From positions 1 to 50,385 of the IMG/VR virus record IMGVR_UViG_3300005253_000363: DNA of 50,385 bases, one strand, 5' to 3'. The notes under the pieces were generated by a model, which saw only the letters and a list, made by a program, of their open reading frames with translations, did no database searches and had not been told where the DNA came from. Source of the DNA: a virus. Its lineage: Duplodnaviria > Caudoviricetes. Made by a program: the position numbers and the translations under genes. Of this stretch, positions 17,634 to 27,969 are shown piece after piece (position 1 is the first letter of the stretch; each line of letters starts with the position of its first letter).

Positions 17634-19491
17634 GTTCAGTCTTCTCTGCCGGTGATAATCCTCCGCTCGTTATTGGAGGCTGCCCAATAATTCTTCTGCG
17701 ACTGTTGTCGATAATTCTTGCCAGTTGTGCTAACTTTTTATCGGCTAAAGTCTTACTGTCCGGAACAAAGAAAGTTTCTCCTCTTCCTGGAAGTAGTTTT
17801 GGGAAGCTTTTTCTAAAATCTTCTGCATCAAAGTCGGTAATTCTGGCTTCGCCGAAGGCTCTTGCAATAGTTCTGGTGACAGCTGTTACAGTAGATTCGT
17901 AAAGAATTGCATCTGGATTCGTTTGTGTGATTTGTTGTACTGCATTGGGTCCAGCTTGTATAATCCTCGAAAGAAGATTATTATCAGTAAATAGTTTCTT
18001 TGCGAGTTCTGTAATGATTCTTACATTGTCCAAAGATGAATTTATGTTTGCCAATGCTGTACGCTGTCCGGCAGTTATAGCAACCCCATTCGCATCTTTT
18101 ATTTCTTGCCAAGTTGTTCCGGCTTTAAATCCCGCAAAAGTTTTTGGGTTAATTATCTTGATGAGGTCGTTAGGGTCTACCGGAAGTTTTAATCCGGCTG
18201 TGATCTTAGCTTCTATTACAGCAGTTCCCTTCTTCGACTCCAAGTCAATTCTTCGTTTCTGTACTTTCTGTATAGCCTTTTCCAATACAGCTGCCGTACC
18301 TTTAGAATCGTCTTTCATTGCCTGTGCAAACTCTGCTGGACTTCTGAAAGTTTGTTGTAATTCTGCTTGGATTTCATCAGAAAGTTCAAAAGTCTCGACA
18401 TCAGCTTCTTGGAACATCTTCTCATGACGCTTAGAAACGAAACCGTTGAAACGATTTACTTCGTTATTGATTGATTCGGCTAATAGTGCATTATTCTCAG
18501 CAGTTGTGGGCTTCCTTTTATTGTCCAAGCGGAAATTGTCCCGCTTAATCTTAAGTCCTTGATTGACTTCCTTATTAAACTCACGATCAAAAAATGCTCT
18601 GGCTTCCTTGGAATTCCGCATCGGACTGTTTGCCAATAATCTTGCTTTGTCGGCTGCGTTAATACTAGGAAATGCCTTTGAGACTTCATTGTTAAAGTGA
18701 ATAAACTTCTGGTCCAATGTAGCATTCTTACCAATTGTTTTGGAGATAGAGCCACCACCGGGAACGGTCAAGGTTACGATAGTCGATGAGTCTATACGAA
18801 CTACATTAAGCTGTGATATGAAGTCTTGGATGGAAGCAAGTTGCTGTCCTCTTACGTCCGGTTCTACAGGTTGCGGCTCTCTGGCTTGGGGTCTTGGAGG
18901 AATTACAGTTGGAGTAACAATCGTTGGCTGTATTGGCTGCGGAACTTCCAAACCGAATGTCTGAGTATCAAAAGGAATCTGACCCGGTCCCGGCTGAATT
19001 GTAGGTCTTTCTGCTGGGCGTGGTGCAGGTTGAAAACCTTCTTGAGGAACTGTTGTAATCTCGGAGATATCTGGAGCTGACGGCCTTTCGGATACTATCG
19101 AAGGAATTCTTGGCTGCACAGGTGGAGTTGTAACAGTTCCTAGAGTTGCTGGTTGTACTGGACCGCCTAGAGGATTGAATGGTTGAGGTGGTTGTATAAC
19201 TGGCTGCTGTGCTGGAGTAGGAGCTGTACCTAAACTTGGCAAAGCTTGACCTCCCAGCTGTGGAACTAACTGCTGAAAGAACTTGTCCCGAAATTCTTGC
19301 GCCTCTAAAGCTTTCTGTTCGTCAAGTGTCAGTTGTCCTTCACGTAACTCCAGTCCCCTTTCCTGCAATGCAAAGCCCTTCTCCTTAAGTTCTCTTGCTC
19401 TCTTCTGCTGTTGAATCTGCTGATTCAGCTGAAGTCCCTGAGCTATTCCTTGGAAGAGACTATTGATCGCATTTTTATTTCTGCGTGCCAT
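17602..19491 (-). CDS. Internal virion / ejection protein with Pro/Gln-rich linker
   Basis: Position and composition (FQGIAQGLQ start, helical C-terminal half). Confidence 0.55.
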   Translation of the reverse strand: MARRNKNAINSLFQGIAQGLQLNQQIQQQKRARELKEKGFALQERGLELREGQLTLDEQKALEAQEFRDKFFQQLVPQLGGQALPSLGTAPTPAQQPVIQPPQPFNPLGGPVQPATLGTVTTPPVQPRIPSIVSERPSAPDISEITTVPQEGFQPAPRPAERPTIQPGPGQIPFDTQTFGLEVPQPIQPTIVTPTVIPPRPQAREPQPVEPDVRGQQLASIQDFISQLNVVRIDSSTIVTLTVPGGGSISKTIGKNATLDQKFIHFNNEVSKAFPSINAADKARLLANSPMRNSKEARAFFDREFNKEVNQGLKIKRDNFRLDNKRKPTTAENNALLAESINNEVNRFNGFVSKRHEKMFQEADVETFELSDEIQAELQQTFRSPAEFAQAMKDDSKGTAAVLEKAIQKVQKRRIDLESKKGTAVIEAKITAGLKLPVDPNDLIKIINPKTFAGFKAGTTWQEIKDANGVAITAGQRTALANINSSLDNVRIITELAKKLFTDNNLLSRIIQAGPNAVQQITQTNPDAILYESTVTAVTRTIARAFGEARITDFDAEDFRKSFPKLLPGRGETFFVPDSKTLADKKLAQLARIIDNSRRRIIGQPPITSGGLSPAEKTELEALEKELGR

Positions 19492-19501
19492 GATGTTTAC
19501 C

Positions 19502-20236
19502 CTAAGCGAATGAAGATGCACCAAGAGCGAGTGCTGTCCCAAAACCGCTAAGATCCTTACTTTCCGGTGGAATTCCTGCTTGTCCTCTCTGAACTGCCTG
19601 GGCCTGCCTGCCTAAACTGACAGGTTCAAAAGCCTGTGCCGAACTGAGTGCCGCTTGACCCGTTGCAGCTCTGCCTAACTCTGCTTGGACTTTCTGCATT
19701 AATAGGGGGAGAAAATTCTGAATGGTATTCGTGAAAACATTCAGCGGGATTCCAGCTCTCTGACGACCAAACTCTGAACCTGTTTGAGCCAACAGCCTAT
19801 CTACCCCAAACTGTCCTCTACCGCCTGCTTGACGAGCTGCAAACCGTTCTACATCGCCTGTTGCAGCAGATTGGGACAAGAGGCTGGCCTCAGTTCCTCG
19901 TGCAATAAGAGGAGCTAAGGTGCCTGTAGCCTTTCCTTGAATAGCGTCGATAAGTTGCTGTAAAGGTAAATCAAAGCCACTGATTGCCTCTTCCAATTTA
20001 GTTTCGCCGGGAGCACCTTGAAGGATAAGGTTCAAAAACTCTTGTCCTGTACTGACTACTCCTTTAGGTGAAGTGGGACCAGTCGGAGTAATATCCGGGC
20101 CTTCGCCTTTACCTCCTCCTCCCACTAAACCACCTAATGCACCTGCACCTAATAGGCTACTTAATCCTGCTCCACCTGCGGCACTCCCCCCAAATAGTGC
20201 GCTAGGTAGTGCTACTGCTGCCAATGGGACTACCAT
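19502..20236 (-). CDS. DNA pilot / small ejection protein
   Basis: Gly/Ala-rich hydrophobic N-terminus and Gln/Ala-rich body. Confidence 0.55.
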   Translation of the reverse strand: MVVPLAAVALPSALFGGSAAGGAGLSSLLGAGALGGLVGGGGKGEGPDITPTGPTSPKGVVSTGQEFLNLILQGAPGETKLEEAISGFDLPLQQLIDAIQGKATGTLAPLIARGTEASLLSQSAATGDVERFAARQAGGRGQFGVDRLLAQTGSEFGRQRAGIPLNVFTNTIQNFLPLLMQKVQAELGRAATGQAALSSAQAFEPVSLGRQAQAVQRGQAGIPPESKDLSGFGTALALGASSFA

Positions 20237-20741
20237 CTTTAGGTTTCCTTATGTATTTGAAGTCGTTTTTGTGGAGATATACCATCCAACCAGGAGAATC
20301 CCCAAAAAGTTCTGGTACTACTAAACTTATATTGTACCCCAATTTCTTGTGAATCTCCAGAAGGTCTGGTTGTTGAGTGACTCCCATAATAACCGGAGTC
20401 AGTTTGAAAGCCTCTGACATGATCTTGAATAGATTCTTGGAGAAGGACAGATGCGGTCTCATATCCTCTCGACACCACAGGCCCATCCATGCTGAGTTCA
20501 GCCAAGGAGTGAACCAGACCAGCATCCAGATTCCCTTCTCGTCTACATCGAAAAAGGAGTAGCGTGGGGCAGCCAGTAGAGTCATAAAGTCGTAGGAGCT
20601 GGTTTGCTCTCCCTTGAAAAACATCTTCTGAAGATCGCCGGATTTCTCTAATTCCATCCATAGTTGCTGTACCAGTAAATTGTGATTATTGTCCCTGCTG
20701 TTGTAAAGATACATTGTTTTCCCTCGGAACGTAAATATCAT
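20202..20741 (-). CDS. GNAT-fold-like virion assembly protein
   Basis: Lies between nozzle and ejection genes; HKKLGY motif; likely start MYLYN near 20714. Confidence 0.5.
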   Translation of the reverse strand: MIFTFRGKTMYLYNSRDNNHNLLVQQLWMELEKSGDLQKMFFKGEQTSSYDFMTLLAAPRYSFFDVDEKGIWMLVWFTPWLNSAWMGLWCREDMRPHLSFSKNLFKIMSEAFKLTPVIMGVTQQPDLLEIHKKLGYNISLVVPELFGDSPGWMVYLHKNDFKYIRKPKDGSPIGSSSTT

Positions 20742-22383
20742 AAAGGATACGGAATATTTCTACCCGCTTGGAAACTGATCCTGCGAAGCGAAGACTCAGG
20801 CGGTTTCCGGGTTTAAGGATTTTGTATTGCTGGATTGTTCTTGTAGGAGTCTTCAGGAGTGGGAGTGCGATGGAGACTTCATTGATGAACAGGGTCGGAG
20901 TCAGTGTTTCATCCTGGGTATCTGATTCAATAAAGATACTCTTGATTACAGCATCCTTGTCCGGGTCCATTGCCAGAGTTGGAATCTCCCATTCGATGTC
21001 AATTGCCGTAGCATCATCGAGGACACTTCCTACATTTTCCAGTAACTGAATCTTGGCAGCAACAGTTGCTTGAAGGCTACCTGTTTCTCTTTCATAGAAT
21101 AAAGCATTTGTGCCTACTCCTACATTCCTCCAAGTCTTCTTTACGAGGTTATAGGCAAGAGTAACTGAGAGATCGGAGATAATGTATTCAGTCTCTGTAA
21201 CCGTTGCAACGATTCCAGTGAAACCTGTAATGTCCTCCAGAGTCTCTCCTTTAAAGATTCCTTCGATTGGGCCTATGTTTAAAGGCTCTGCTTTGATTCC
21301 ATTGAATATCAGGACTGAGTTCTGGCCTTGATAGATGATTCCATTCGTAGTAGGAATGACCGTAAATGGTTGAGTGGTTCCAGGAGCTCCTTCGATACCA
21401 CGGACTGTGAAAATTCCCTCGGCACCTGAACCAGTTACTTCAGCAATCTTTGTAGGCGTGAAACCATATAAAACCCCATTCCAAAGAACTGCTGGATTTA
21501 TCGTGTCATCATCGCTGCTTACATCTAAGTTTCCTTCAACGGCTTCAGCGCGGCCTTCAGGAGAGAAGTAGACTCTGCCCCTTGCTCCGAGAGTGGAATC
21601 GTTATACCACCACATCCTCCCGACATGGGGACCAACGCAGCCATTGTAGACATCCAGAGGAGGAGTATTATCAAGTGGAAGCTCGGTTGCTCCACTGAGA
21701 GCGGCATCAGGAGCATTGTCTGTAAAAACTGTAGTCACATTGTCGAGGATTGTCGCCACTAAAAAGAAACTCGTCCCACCTGATACAGTGCGCCAGATTT
21801 CTCTGGCATCGACTTGGGAGTCTGAGGATACGGGAATAGATGAAAGGTCTGCCTTGTCAGAAGACAGAGTAACAGATGCTGCTACGGGATTTGAGTTGGA
21901 ACGAGTTCCTGTGGCTGTATTTGTGAAGGTTATCTTATATTGGTAGTCTCCGCTGAGAACTCCAGCGGCTCCTACGGCTGCTGTGGGATTTGTGAGTGGA
22001 GCATCAATTCCCCACTGGGTTACAGTTCCTGCTGCGTTTATCTTAAAAAGGTCTCCGCCCCCGGCGACAAATAGACTGTCCTCAACACCAAGAGTGGGGG
22101 GCATCTTGGCGAACCGGAGGCGGTCTCCTGTGAGACCTGTTTTGACTGAAGAGCCGTCACGGTAGAATACTGTAGTGGCCCCGGCAAAGCGGAGATTGTT
22201 GAACTCGAAGAGGGAATGGGCATCAAGGCTCTTGACTAATATGGAACCGTTTCTGGATTTCATAGTAGTCAGAGAATCTGGATGTAACCCTTTATTGCGT
22301 CTCTGGGTATTCTCAGGGAGCTGATCCTTTCTTCCTTCAAGAAAGAGACCACCATCGAATCTGTTGAATGTAACGTCAGGCAC
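20686..22383 (-). CDS. Tail nozzle / tail tubular protein B-like
   Basis: FDGGL start, beta-propeller-like composition, RVYFS; podovirus position. Confidence 0.7.
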   Translation of the reverse strand: MPDVTFNRFDGGLFLEGRKDQLPENTQRRNKGLHPDSLTTMKSRNGSILVKSLDAHSLFEFNNLRFAGATTVFYRDGSSVKTGLTGDRLRFAKMPPTLGVEDSLFVAGGGDLFKINAAGTVTQWGIDAPLTNPTAAVGAAGVLSGDYQYKITFTNTATGTRSNSNPVAASVTLSSDKADLSSIPVSSDSQVDAREIWRTVSGGTSFFLVATILDNVTTVFTDNAPDAALSGATELPLDNTPPLDVYNGCVGPHVGRMWWYNDSTLGARGRVYFSPEGRAEAVEGNLDVSSDDDTINPAVLWNGVLYGFTPTKIAEVTGSGAEGIFTVRGIEGAPGTTQPFTVIPTTNGIIYQGQNSVLIFNGIKAEPLNIGPIEGIFKGETLEDITGFTGIVATVTETEYIISDLSVTLAYNLVKKTWRNVGVGTNALFYERETGSLQATVAAKIQLLENVGSVLDDATAIDIEWEIPTLAMDPDKDAVIKSIFIESDTQDETLTPTLFINEVSIALPLLKTPTRTIQQYKILKPGNRLSLRFAGSVSKRVEIFRILYDIYVPRENNVSLQQQGQ

Positions 22384-22678
22384 TGGCTATAACTCCTAAG
22401 TTTCTGAGAACGGGTAGCATTGCATTGATCGCTGTTTGATTCTGTGCTGAGGAACCTGCTGAGTCCGCTATTGCATTTGCTTGGACTACCGGAGTTGCTG
22501 AGTAAAACCCTACTGTGTCTCCGGTATGCTTGATCGGACCGAATAATTCTGTTGAGTACCCATCAAGGCCTTCAATGCGCTGGAGCTGGACTGTGATCTC
22601 CTGAAGAGTTGTATTCAGGTCCACAATCAAATCCTGGAGCTTCTCCGTTGCGTTTACCCTGTAAAATTTTCTAGCCAT
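22376..22678 (-). CDS. Virion structural protein
   Basis: VGFYSATPVVQ...INAMLPVLRNLGVIA, resembling short head or tail fibre ends. Confidence 0.5.
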   Translation of the reverse strand: MARKFYRVNATEKLQDLIVDLNTTLQEITVQLQRIEGLDGYSTELFGPIKHTGDTVGFYSATPVVQANAIADSAGSSAQNQTAINAMLPVLRNLGVIASA

Positions 22679-23249
22679 TGAGCACCAAATCAGCAAGTTG
22701 GTTGCATACTTGAGCAAAGTCCGGGTCTTGGTATTTGGATTCTTTCTGGAATTCCTTGGCTACTACTTTCAAGGCAATCGGAAGATCCAGCCAGTCTGGG
22801 TTCGCGTTCTGGACTTTTGTATGAATGAGTCCCACTGAGTATTCAGGGAAGTCCCTTCCCAGAGGCTCTCCCAAAAGAAACGAGAAATCCTTGCTGGAAA
22901 TCTGAGGCTCCGGGACCAATCTGAATTGCTTGGATGTCTCGGATTCTACCACATAAAACTCCGGTGGTCCCTTGAGATCTTTCCAGTTCCTGTTATGAAC
23001 ACTCATGGATGTTAAAGGCTCTCTGAAAACTATTTCTGAGTCATAGAACATTTCCAGGATGAGACCTACATTATCAGGGATTGTGTATTGAGAGGTTTCA
23101 GCGGTTATTTCGATAAGCCTGACATCAGTGAACAAAGGTTTCAGGCTGAGTTCTTTCAGTGTATTCTGGTAAAAGGATTCAGTGGTTCCTGCCTCATTCT
23201 GAGTCAAGGCCATGTCGGATACTAAAGATTCTACAGTTGTTTTACTCAT
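22671..23249 (-). CDS. Head-tail adaptor / ring protein (paralog 3)
   Basis: QYTIP, GPPEFY, LVPEP. Confidence 0.55.
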   Translation of the reverse strand: MSKTTVESLVSDMALTQNEAGTTESFYQNTLKELSLKPLFTDVRLIEITAETSQYTIPDNVGLILEMFYDSEIVFREPLTSMSVHNRNWKDLKGPPEFYVVESETSKQFRLVPEPQISSKDFSFLLGEPLGRDFPEYSVGLIHTKVQNANPDWLDLPIALKVVAKEFQKESKYQDPDFAQVCNQLADLVLNG

Positions 23250-23823
23250 CTCTGTAACTCTCCAAATCCTTCTCGAACTCTTGGATTAATTGAACTGCTG
23301 GAGCAAAGTCTCTCTGTCGGATCAGAAGTACGGCAGTCGCCAGATCGCTGACTAACTGGATTGCATGATCTGGAAGACTCATATCCTGGTCCTCTCCGGG
23401 GATCAGTCCTATATCTCTTATATAGGTCAAAGTAACAACAGCCGGATCTACCGGTACAGGATAAATCAATAAAAGGTCCAAGCCAATTTGGGCAAATACT
23501 TCGGGTTCTCCCTTGATGGTGCGCGGCCATGTGATATCTACATTTGTCAGAAACTGGAAGTTTGTCTTGATTAATTCCTCTCCACGATAAGATGCCTCAG
23601 TGACTACGAGAGCATCCGTAAAGGTTCCAGTCAGATCGTAAATCAGTTTCTTCGGCTGAAGTGTTAAGGTTCCAGTTGTGGTGACTGATCCCGTGAATCT
23701 ATTAATAATTCTCTGGGCATGGGATATGATATCCAAGGTAAAGCTTCTCGAATGCCCCGCTCCAGCTTCGTCACGGACTCTTCTTAATACTTCGGTAACA
23801 ATTACTCCAGCCGTAGTCGTCAT
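23242..23823 (-). CDS. Head-tail adaptor / ring protein (paralog 2)
   Basis: IYDL, GEPEVF, LIYPVP. Confidence 0.6.
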   Translation of the reverse strand: MTTTAGVIVTEVLRRVRDEAGAGHSRSFTLDIISHAQRIINRFTGSVTTTGTLTLQPKKLIYDLTGTFTDALVVTEASYRGEELIKTNFQFLTNVDITWPRTIKGEPEVFAQIGLDLLLIYPVPVDPAVVTLTYIRDIGLIPGEDQDMSLPDHAIQLVSDLATAVLLIRQRDFAPAVQLIQEFEKDLESYRDE

Positions 23824-24770
23824 CAGGTCAAGGGTGTCCAATTAAGGAGGATATTATCTCTGGCTGTTCTTACATCTCCTTGGAATTCACCCCGTGAAGA
23901 TCCATAGGACTCCAGAATAAACTTTGCATCTTCCACTGATTCGTTGTTTGCTATGAAATCTGTTCGGGCATTCTTCCAGATAGTCCTCTGGCGAGCTGCC
24001 ATGTTTCCCCAAGTAGCCCCTACGTCAGCATTTCCGGCTTCTAGGGATTGGGACATTTTATGCTCGTAGATATTCATTTTGACTCCTTCAATAATCATGT
24101 AGAAGTCTATAAAGTTGGGAACCTCTTGATGACCTTCAAATCTCTCCAGCTTTAGATAGCCTGTGTAGGCTACAAGGACATCTTCACTGGTATAGGGATA
24201 GAACTCGATGATTCTCTCCTCGTTGTCATTGACACCCACCTCGGAAAAAACTTGTGGACCTCCGTCTCTTTGTGTTCTTCCGGGGTCTGCAAAGTCGAGA
24301 TCATCCAGCATGATTCTGGATATAGAAGTATTATGCTTTAGATCACGCATAGCTCCTATGGCACGAATGTTTTTGGGGAGGGTGATTGTGCGCGTAGTTA
24401 TAGTATAGCCACCAGCGGTGACTGTATCATCAAACCAATTGGAGCGGAGAGTGATCTGGTTGTTGGAGAACGCAGCTATCTCAAACCAACCGTTTTTAGA
24501 GTCGGCCTTGAGATACTTTCCTACAAGAGAATTGTCCCAAACAGCTTGGGCTGTGGCATCCCCAGTAACCGTCTTGGAGCCTTGAGTAGTCGTTATCGTC
24601 CCTGCTGTGATTGTGGCAGGAACAGTCAACTCCAGTAATTTGCGAAGGGGTTTCGCAAGCGTGGCTGTACTGAGTTCCACAATCCGGTCTGAGACCCATT
24701 TCTGGGCGAACAGGGGATCAACTCCGACTGTATATCCAATAGCAGATTGAGCGATTTCTCTGATGTTCAT
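23823..24770 (-). CDS. Head-tail adaptor / ring protein with inserted beta domain (paralog 1)
   Basis: ITLPKN, GGPQVF, IEFYPY; inserted GTITTTQGSKTVTG domain. Confidence 0.55.
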   Translation of the reverse strand: MNIREIAQSAIGYTVGVDPLFAQKWVSDRIVELSTATLAKPLRKLLELTVPATITAGTITTTQGSKTVTGDATAQAVWDNSLVGKYLKADSKNGWFEIAAFSNNQITLRSNWFDDTVTAGGYTITTRTITLPKNIRAIGAMRDLKHNTSISRIMLDDLDFADPGRTQRDGGPQVFSEVGVNDNEERIIEFYPYTSEDVLVAYTGYLKLERFEGHQEVPNFIDFYMIIEGVKMNIYEHKMSQSLEAGNADVGATWGNMAARQRTIWKNARTDFIANNESVEDAKFILESYGSSRGEFQGDVRTARDNILLNWTPLT

Positions 24771-24790
24771 GAGGAACCTCCAGAGAAAGG

Positions 24791-25687
24791 TTAGCCCGTA
24801 CTGCCATAAACGCCCCGCCAACTACCAAACCCGTCAGAATGGTTCTGGTATACAGTAAAGACTGCATTCTTGGATCGAGGATCATCAAAAGAGTCGAAGA
24901 TCGGAGTGTTCATCCATTTGAAATGAAGATCGTGCTGATCCTTGTTTGCCAACAGGAACCAATTCGTACTGGTTGTCAGATAATGATATACAAAGATTTT
25001 CAGGTCATCATCTACCAAAGAGTTGATTTCATTGTTCGCTGTAAAAGGTCTGGACGAAGATCCTAAGATCTCTCGTGCAACGAACCTGTTTGCGGGGTCA
25101 ATCATTATGATGGATGGAGACAGAAGCATGGGAAGTCCCCGGCCATTAACCAGAGTTTCAAATGCTTGAATTCCATCTTGGATTCCAGTGATTGACAGCC
25201 CAATATCCACGGCTGGTCGATTGGCAATCGTTTGACCGCCCGGAGTCGTGTGAGAGGTTGAACACAGTTCATCACCGTCGAAACCTGTTACTGCCGAGTC
25301 AAACGCTGAATTGAAAACTGTTGCAGCATTGACTTCCATCCGGTTTCTGGATGATCGAGCAAGTTCTTGGGCCATTTGACCCATGACACCGAATAAATCC
25401 TGGTGCCACATTTCAAACGTGACTTCCATTGCCAGCCCAAAAGGGACTGCGGTGTAGGTTACAGCACCGCCTGCAATGGGTTGGTCGAGTGTAAACTGTT
25501 GACCTTCAGGTTTTGAGGGCATAACACCTAACCCGGCAAATTCCTGATCCTGCTCGTTCTGACGAATATGATTACTGACGTTTAGAACTTCCTTGAATTC
25601 CAGAGGCCGCTCTCTGCGGGTATCCAGATAAATCCGATCGATTGCTGGATTAAGAAGTTCCGCAAATCCACTTGTTGCGTTAATCAT
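24791..25687 (-). CDS. Major capsid protein (Mu gpT-like HK97 fold)
   Basis: FAELLNP, KPEG, FGLAMEVTFE, LARS, DGDELCSTSH, WFL, WRGVYGS. Confidence 0.88.
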   Translation of the reverse strand: MINATSGFAELLNPAIDRIYLDTRRERPLEFKEVLNVSNHIRQNEQDQEFAGLGVMPSKPEGQQFTLDQPIAGGAVTYTAVPFGLAMEVTFEMWHQDLFGVMGQMAQELARSSRNRMEVNAATVFNSAFDSAVTGFDGDELCSTSHTTPGGQTIANRPAVDIGLSITGIQDGIQAFETLVNGRGLPMLLSPSIIMIDPANRFVAREILGSSSRPFTANNEINSLVDDDLKIFVYHYLTTSTNWFLLANKDQHDLHFKWMNTPIFDSFDDPRSKNAVFTVYQNHSDGFGSWRGVYGSTG

Positions 25688-25700
25688 TACTGCCTCCTTA

Positions 25701-26174
25701 TCAGGTTGTGTTCACAAGTAAAGCGTCTTTGATGAATACAAAGTACACTCTACCGTTGGTCGTTCCTATTGCGTCCTTGAAGCCGGTTACTCGAACAGCA
25801 GGATTAGTATTGTCGGTTTTATCGACAAACCATTCAGTGCCGGTAAGTGTTAAAGGATAATCCTCGAAAAGATCGGTTGCTGCAATGTCACCAGCAGTTA
25901 TGCTGGTTCCAATGTTTCCTTCAAAGACTACTCCAGAGACATCAGCCGGGACATAGAGTGTATCTGTACCAGTTACTGTAGATGCATCAGCAACAGCTAT
26001 ACCGATGATATCCGCTACAGGTTCATTTCCCGCTTCTTTAATTTCACCAGTTGCTAGATCTGGAATCAAGACAGATCCTCTTTCCCATGTCATAGAAGCA
26101 TCTTCTGGGCCGTTTCTTATGGGGATTGCTGATAATCCCTCTAACTTACCCACTGTCATTTCTTGAACTGCCAT
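25701..26174 (-). CDS. Capsid decoration/cement protein
   Basis: Beta-rich; IIGIA motif; directly upstream of the MCP. Confidence 0.6.
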   Translation of the reverse strand: MAVQEMTVGKLEGLSAIPIRNGPEDASMTWERGSVLIPDLATGEIKEAGNEPVADIIGIAVADASTVTGTDTLYVPADVSGVVFEGNIGTSITAGDIAATDLFEDYPLTLTGTEWFVDKTDNTNPAVRVTGFKDAIGTTNGRVYFVFIKDALLVNTT

Positions 26175-26176
26175 GT

Positions 26177-26854
26177 TTACCTCCTGTTGATTTCTAGCCC
26201 AGGAATATTTCCGGTCCTGACCATGTTATCAAGTTTCATTTTTAGTGCGTTTCCGAATAAAGAAAAGTTCGCGTCTTCTTTATATTTACTGTAAGCAGCT
26301 TCTCCGCCAGAGGCGTTGTGACTAAGAGCTATATCAACAAGAGCTGAATCAGTACCGTAAGTTCTTTCAAGAGTCTTCCTGCGCTTTTCCAGTGTCAGAA
26401 GAGCATAATGATCTTTACGGCAACGCATTAGAAGTACGTCTCCGATGGTGCAGGTATTTTCTGCTGATATCTTGAGTCCTTTGGCATCTGGATCATTGCC
26501 CATAACAACCTTCCAAGGACGGACCCACTTACCGCTGACTTTAACTTTCTCGGACAGCTTTATTTCTACCATGCGAGAGGGATGGTCTACTGGATGGCGG
26601 CACTGGACCCAATTGTATTCATAATTGGGATCAGCACTGGGCGGGTATAGAAAGCCTTTGTCGATGTCATTGAGAATTTCATTGTCCGGCTCCATCTTGG
26701 ATGGATCAACAGCAAGGAATTGATCCGACTTCTGGTCGATCTGCTCTTCCAGTTGGTCGGTTCTCTTCTTGAGTACCTCCTGCCTTTCGTTGCCGGGGGG
26801 AGGAAGATTGGGTTCTACTTGTACGGGTCGTCCAAATTCGTCTAGTTGTACCAT
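26177..26854 (-). CDS. Head-module hypothetical protein
   Basis: YEYNWV and IGDVLLMR; lies between scaffold and decoration genes. Confidence 0.6.
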   Translation of the reverse strand: MVQLDEFGRPVQVEPNLPPPGNERQEVLKKRTDQLEEQIDQKSDQFLAVDPSKMEPDNEILNDIDKGFLYPPSADPNYEYNWVQCRHPVDHPSRMVEIKLSEKVKVSGKWVRPWKVVMGNDPDAKGLKISAENTCTIGDVLLMRCRKDHYALLTLEKRRKTLERTYGTDSALVDIALSHNASGGEAAYSKYKEDANFSLFGNALKMKLDNMVRTGNIPGLEINRR

Positions 26855-27729
26855 TCGAATTCCTCCTCCATCTTTTTGTTTTCTTCTTCAACTTTCTGAA
26901 GGTCTTTGAATCCTCCCTCAAATCGTTTGACTCTCTTGGATTTCAGAGTTCCATCTTCCTTTGCCTCATAATCACGGAAAGGCATTGAACTTCCTACTTT
27001 CTTGAGGAACTGATCTGCGTCAATGTTTTTCTGTTCTAGAAGACTCTGGGCTCTATCGCTATAAACTTCTTCAGGTTTCGGTCCTTCATCCATTGGTTTA
27101 CCTCTTCCGGTTTTGCCCCCGCCTGGAACTAAGACACCGCCATTATCCTCTGCTTGACGGAGCATCTTTTCCTGTTCCTCTTTGAGGATTTCATCCATAT
27201 GTTTTCCCCTGACATAGACATAAGCCTCTTGCACCATTGCTGGATCAGAGCTACCAGAGCGGTTGACAACTTCCATGATCTCGGCTTTGTAACGGGAGAA
27301 ATGAGTATTACTAGGATTAGCTTCTGCCTGCTGAATTGCAAGAGAGGAGATTTGACTGCCACCGAGTTGCTGGAGATTGGTAATCTTGTCTTCGTAGGAT
27401 TTTGCTTGAGCATCCATACGATTATCGTAATATTCCATCACTTTGGAAGGGTCTCCTTCGTCCTGCATGTGACGGAGTGCTTCCTCTTTGGTGACAGTTG
27501 GAGCTGCGGGTGGAGGCTGTTGCTGGGTATTTTGGTTGTTTAGGGAACTGATGAGCTGGGTTTCTCGATTCTTATAGAGGTCGCGTTCTTGCTGGAGTTT
27601 TTCTTCGTGTTGCTTGGTGACTTCTGCAACCTTTTGATCGAGTTGCTCTTGTGTGATGGGCTGAGGGTCTGGCTGAGGTGGTGTTCCATCAGCTGGGACC
27701 GTCTCTTGTTTGATCGGTTCCGTAGCCAT
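26842..27729 (-). CDS. Capsid scaffolding protein
   Basis: Acidic Gln/Pro-rich coiled coil downstream of the portal. Confidence 0.65.
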   Translation of the reverse strand: MATEPIKQETVPADGTPPQPDPQPITQEQLDQKVAEVTKQHEEKLQQERDLYKNRETQLISSLNNQNTQQQPPPAAPTVTKEEALRHMQDEGDPSKVMEYYDNRMDAQAKSYEDKITNLQQLGGSQISSLAIQQAEANPSNTHFSRYKAEIMEVVNRSGSSDPAMVQEAYVYVRGKHMDEILKEEQEKMLRQAEDNGGVLVPGGGKTGRGKPMDEGPKPEEVYSDRAQSLLEQKNIDADQFLKKVGSSMPFRDYEAKEDGTLKSKRVKRFEGGFKDLQKVEEENKKMEEEFEWYN

Positions 27730-27934
27730 GTGATTGTGACTCCTTTTGAGATTCCTTTAATATGTACTGTATCTGGCGAAGGGCTTTAACAGAGCCCTGT
27801 TGAACGCGCAGAGCATCATAATTACTACGTGTGTCTTCAAGCGGTTTTCGGTAGAACTCAATCTGGGCTTCAAGATATTCCTCAAAGTTTTGATACGCTT
27901 CTTTATTAGACTCCAGATATGTAATCCATCTCAT
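27689..27934 (-). CDS. Small post-portal protein
   Basis: Helical; QQGSVKALR. Confidence 0.55.
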   Translation of the reverse strand: MRWITYLESNKEAYQNFEEYLEAQIEFYRKPLEDTRSNYDALRVQQGSVKALRQIQYILKESQKESQSHGYGTDQTRDGPS

Positions 27935-27969
27935 GATAAGTTCTCCTGTAAAGTGTATGAAAAGGTAGG

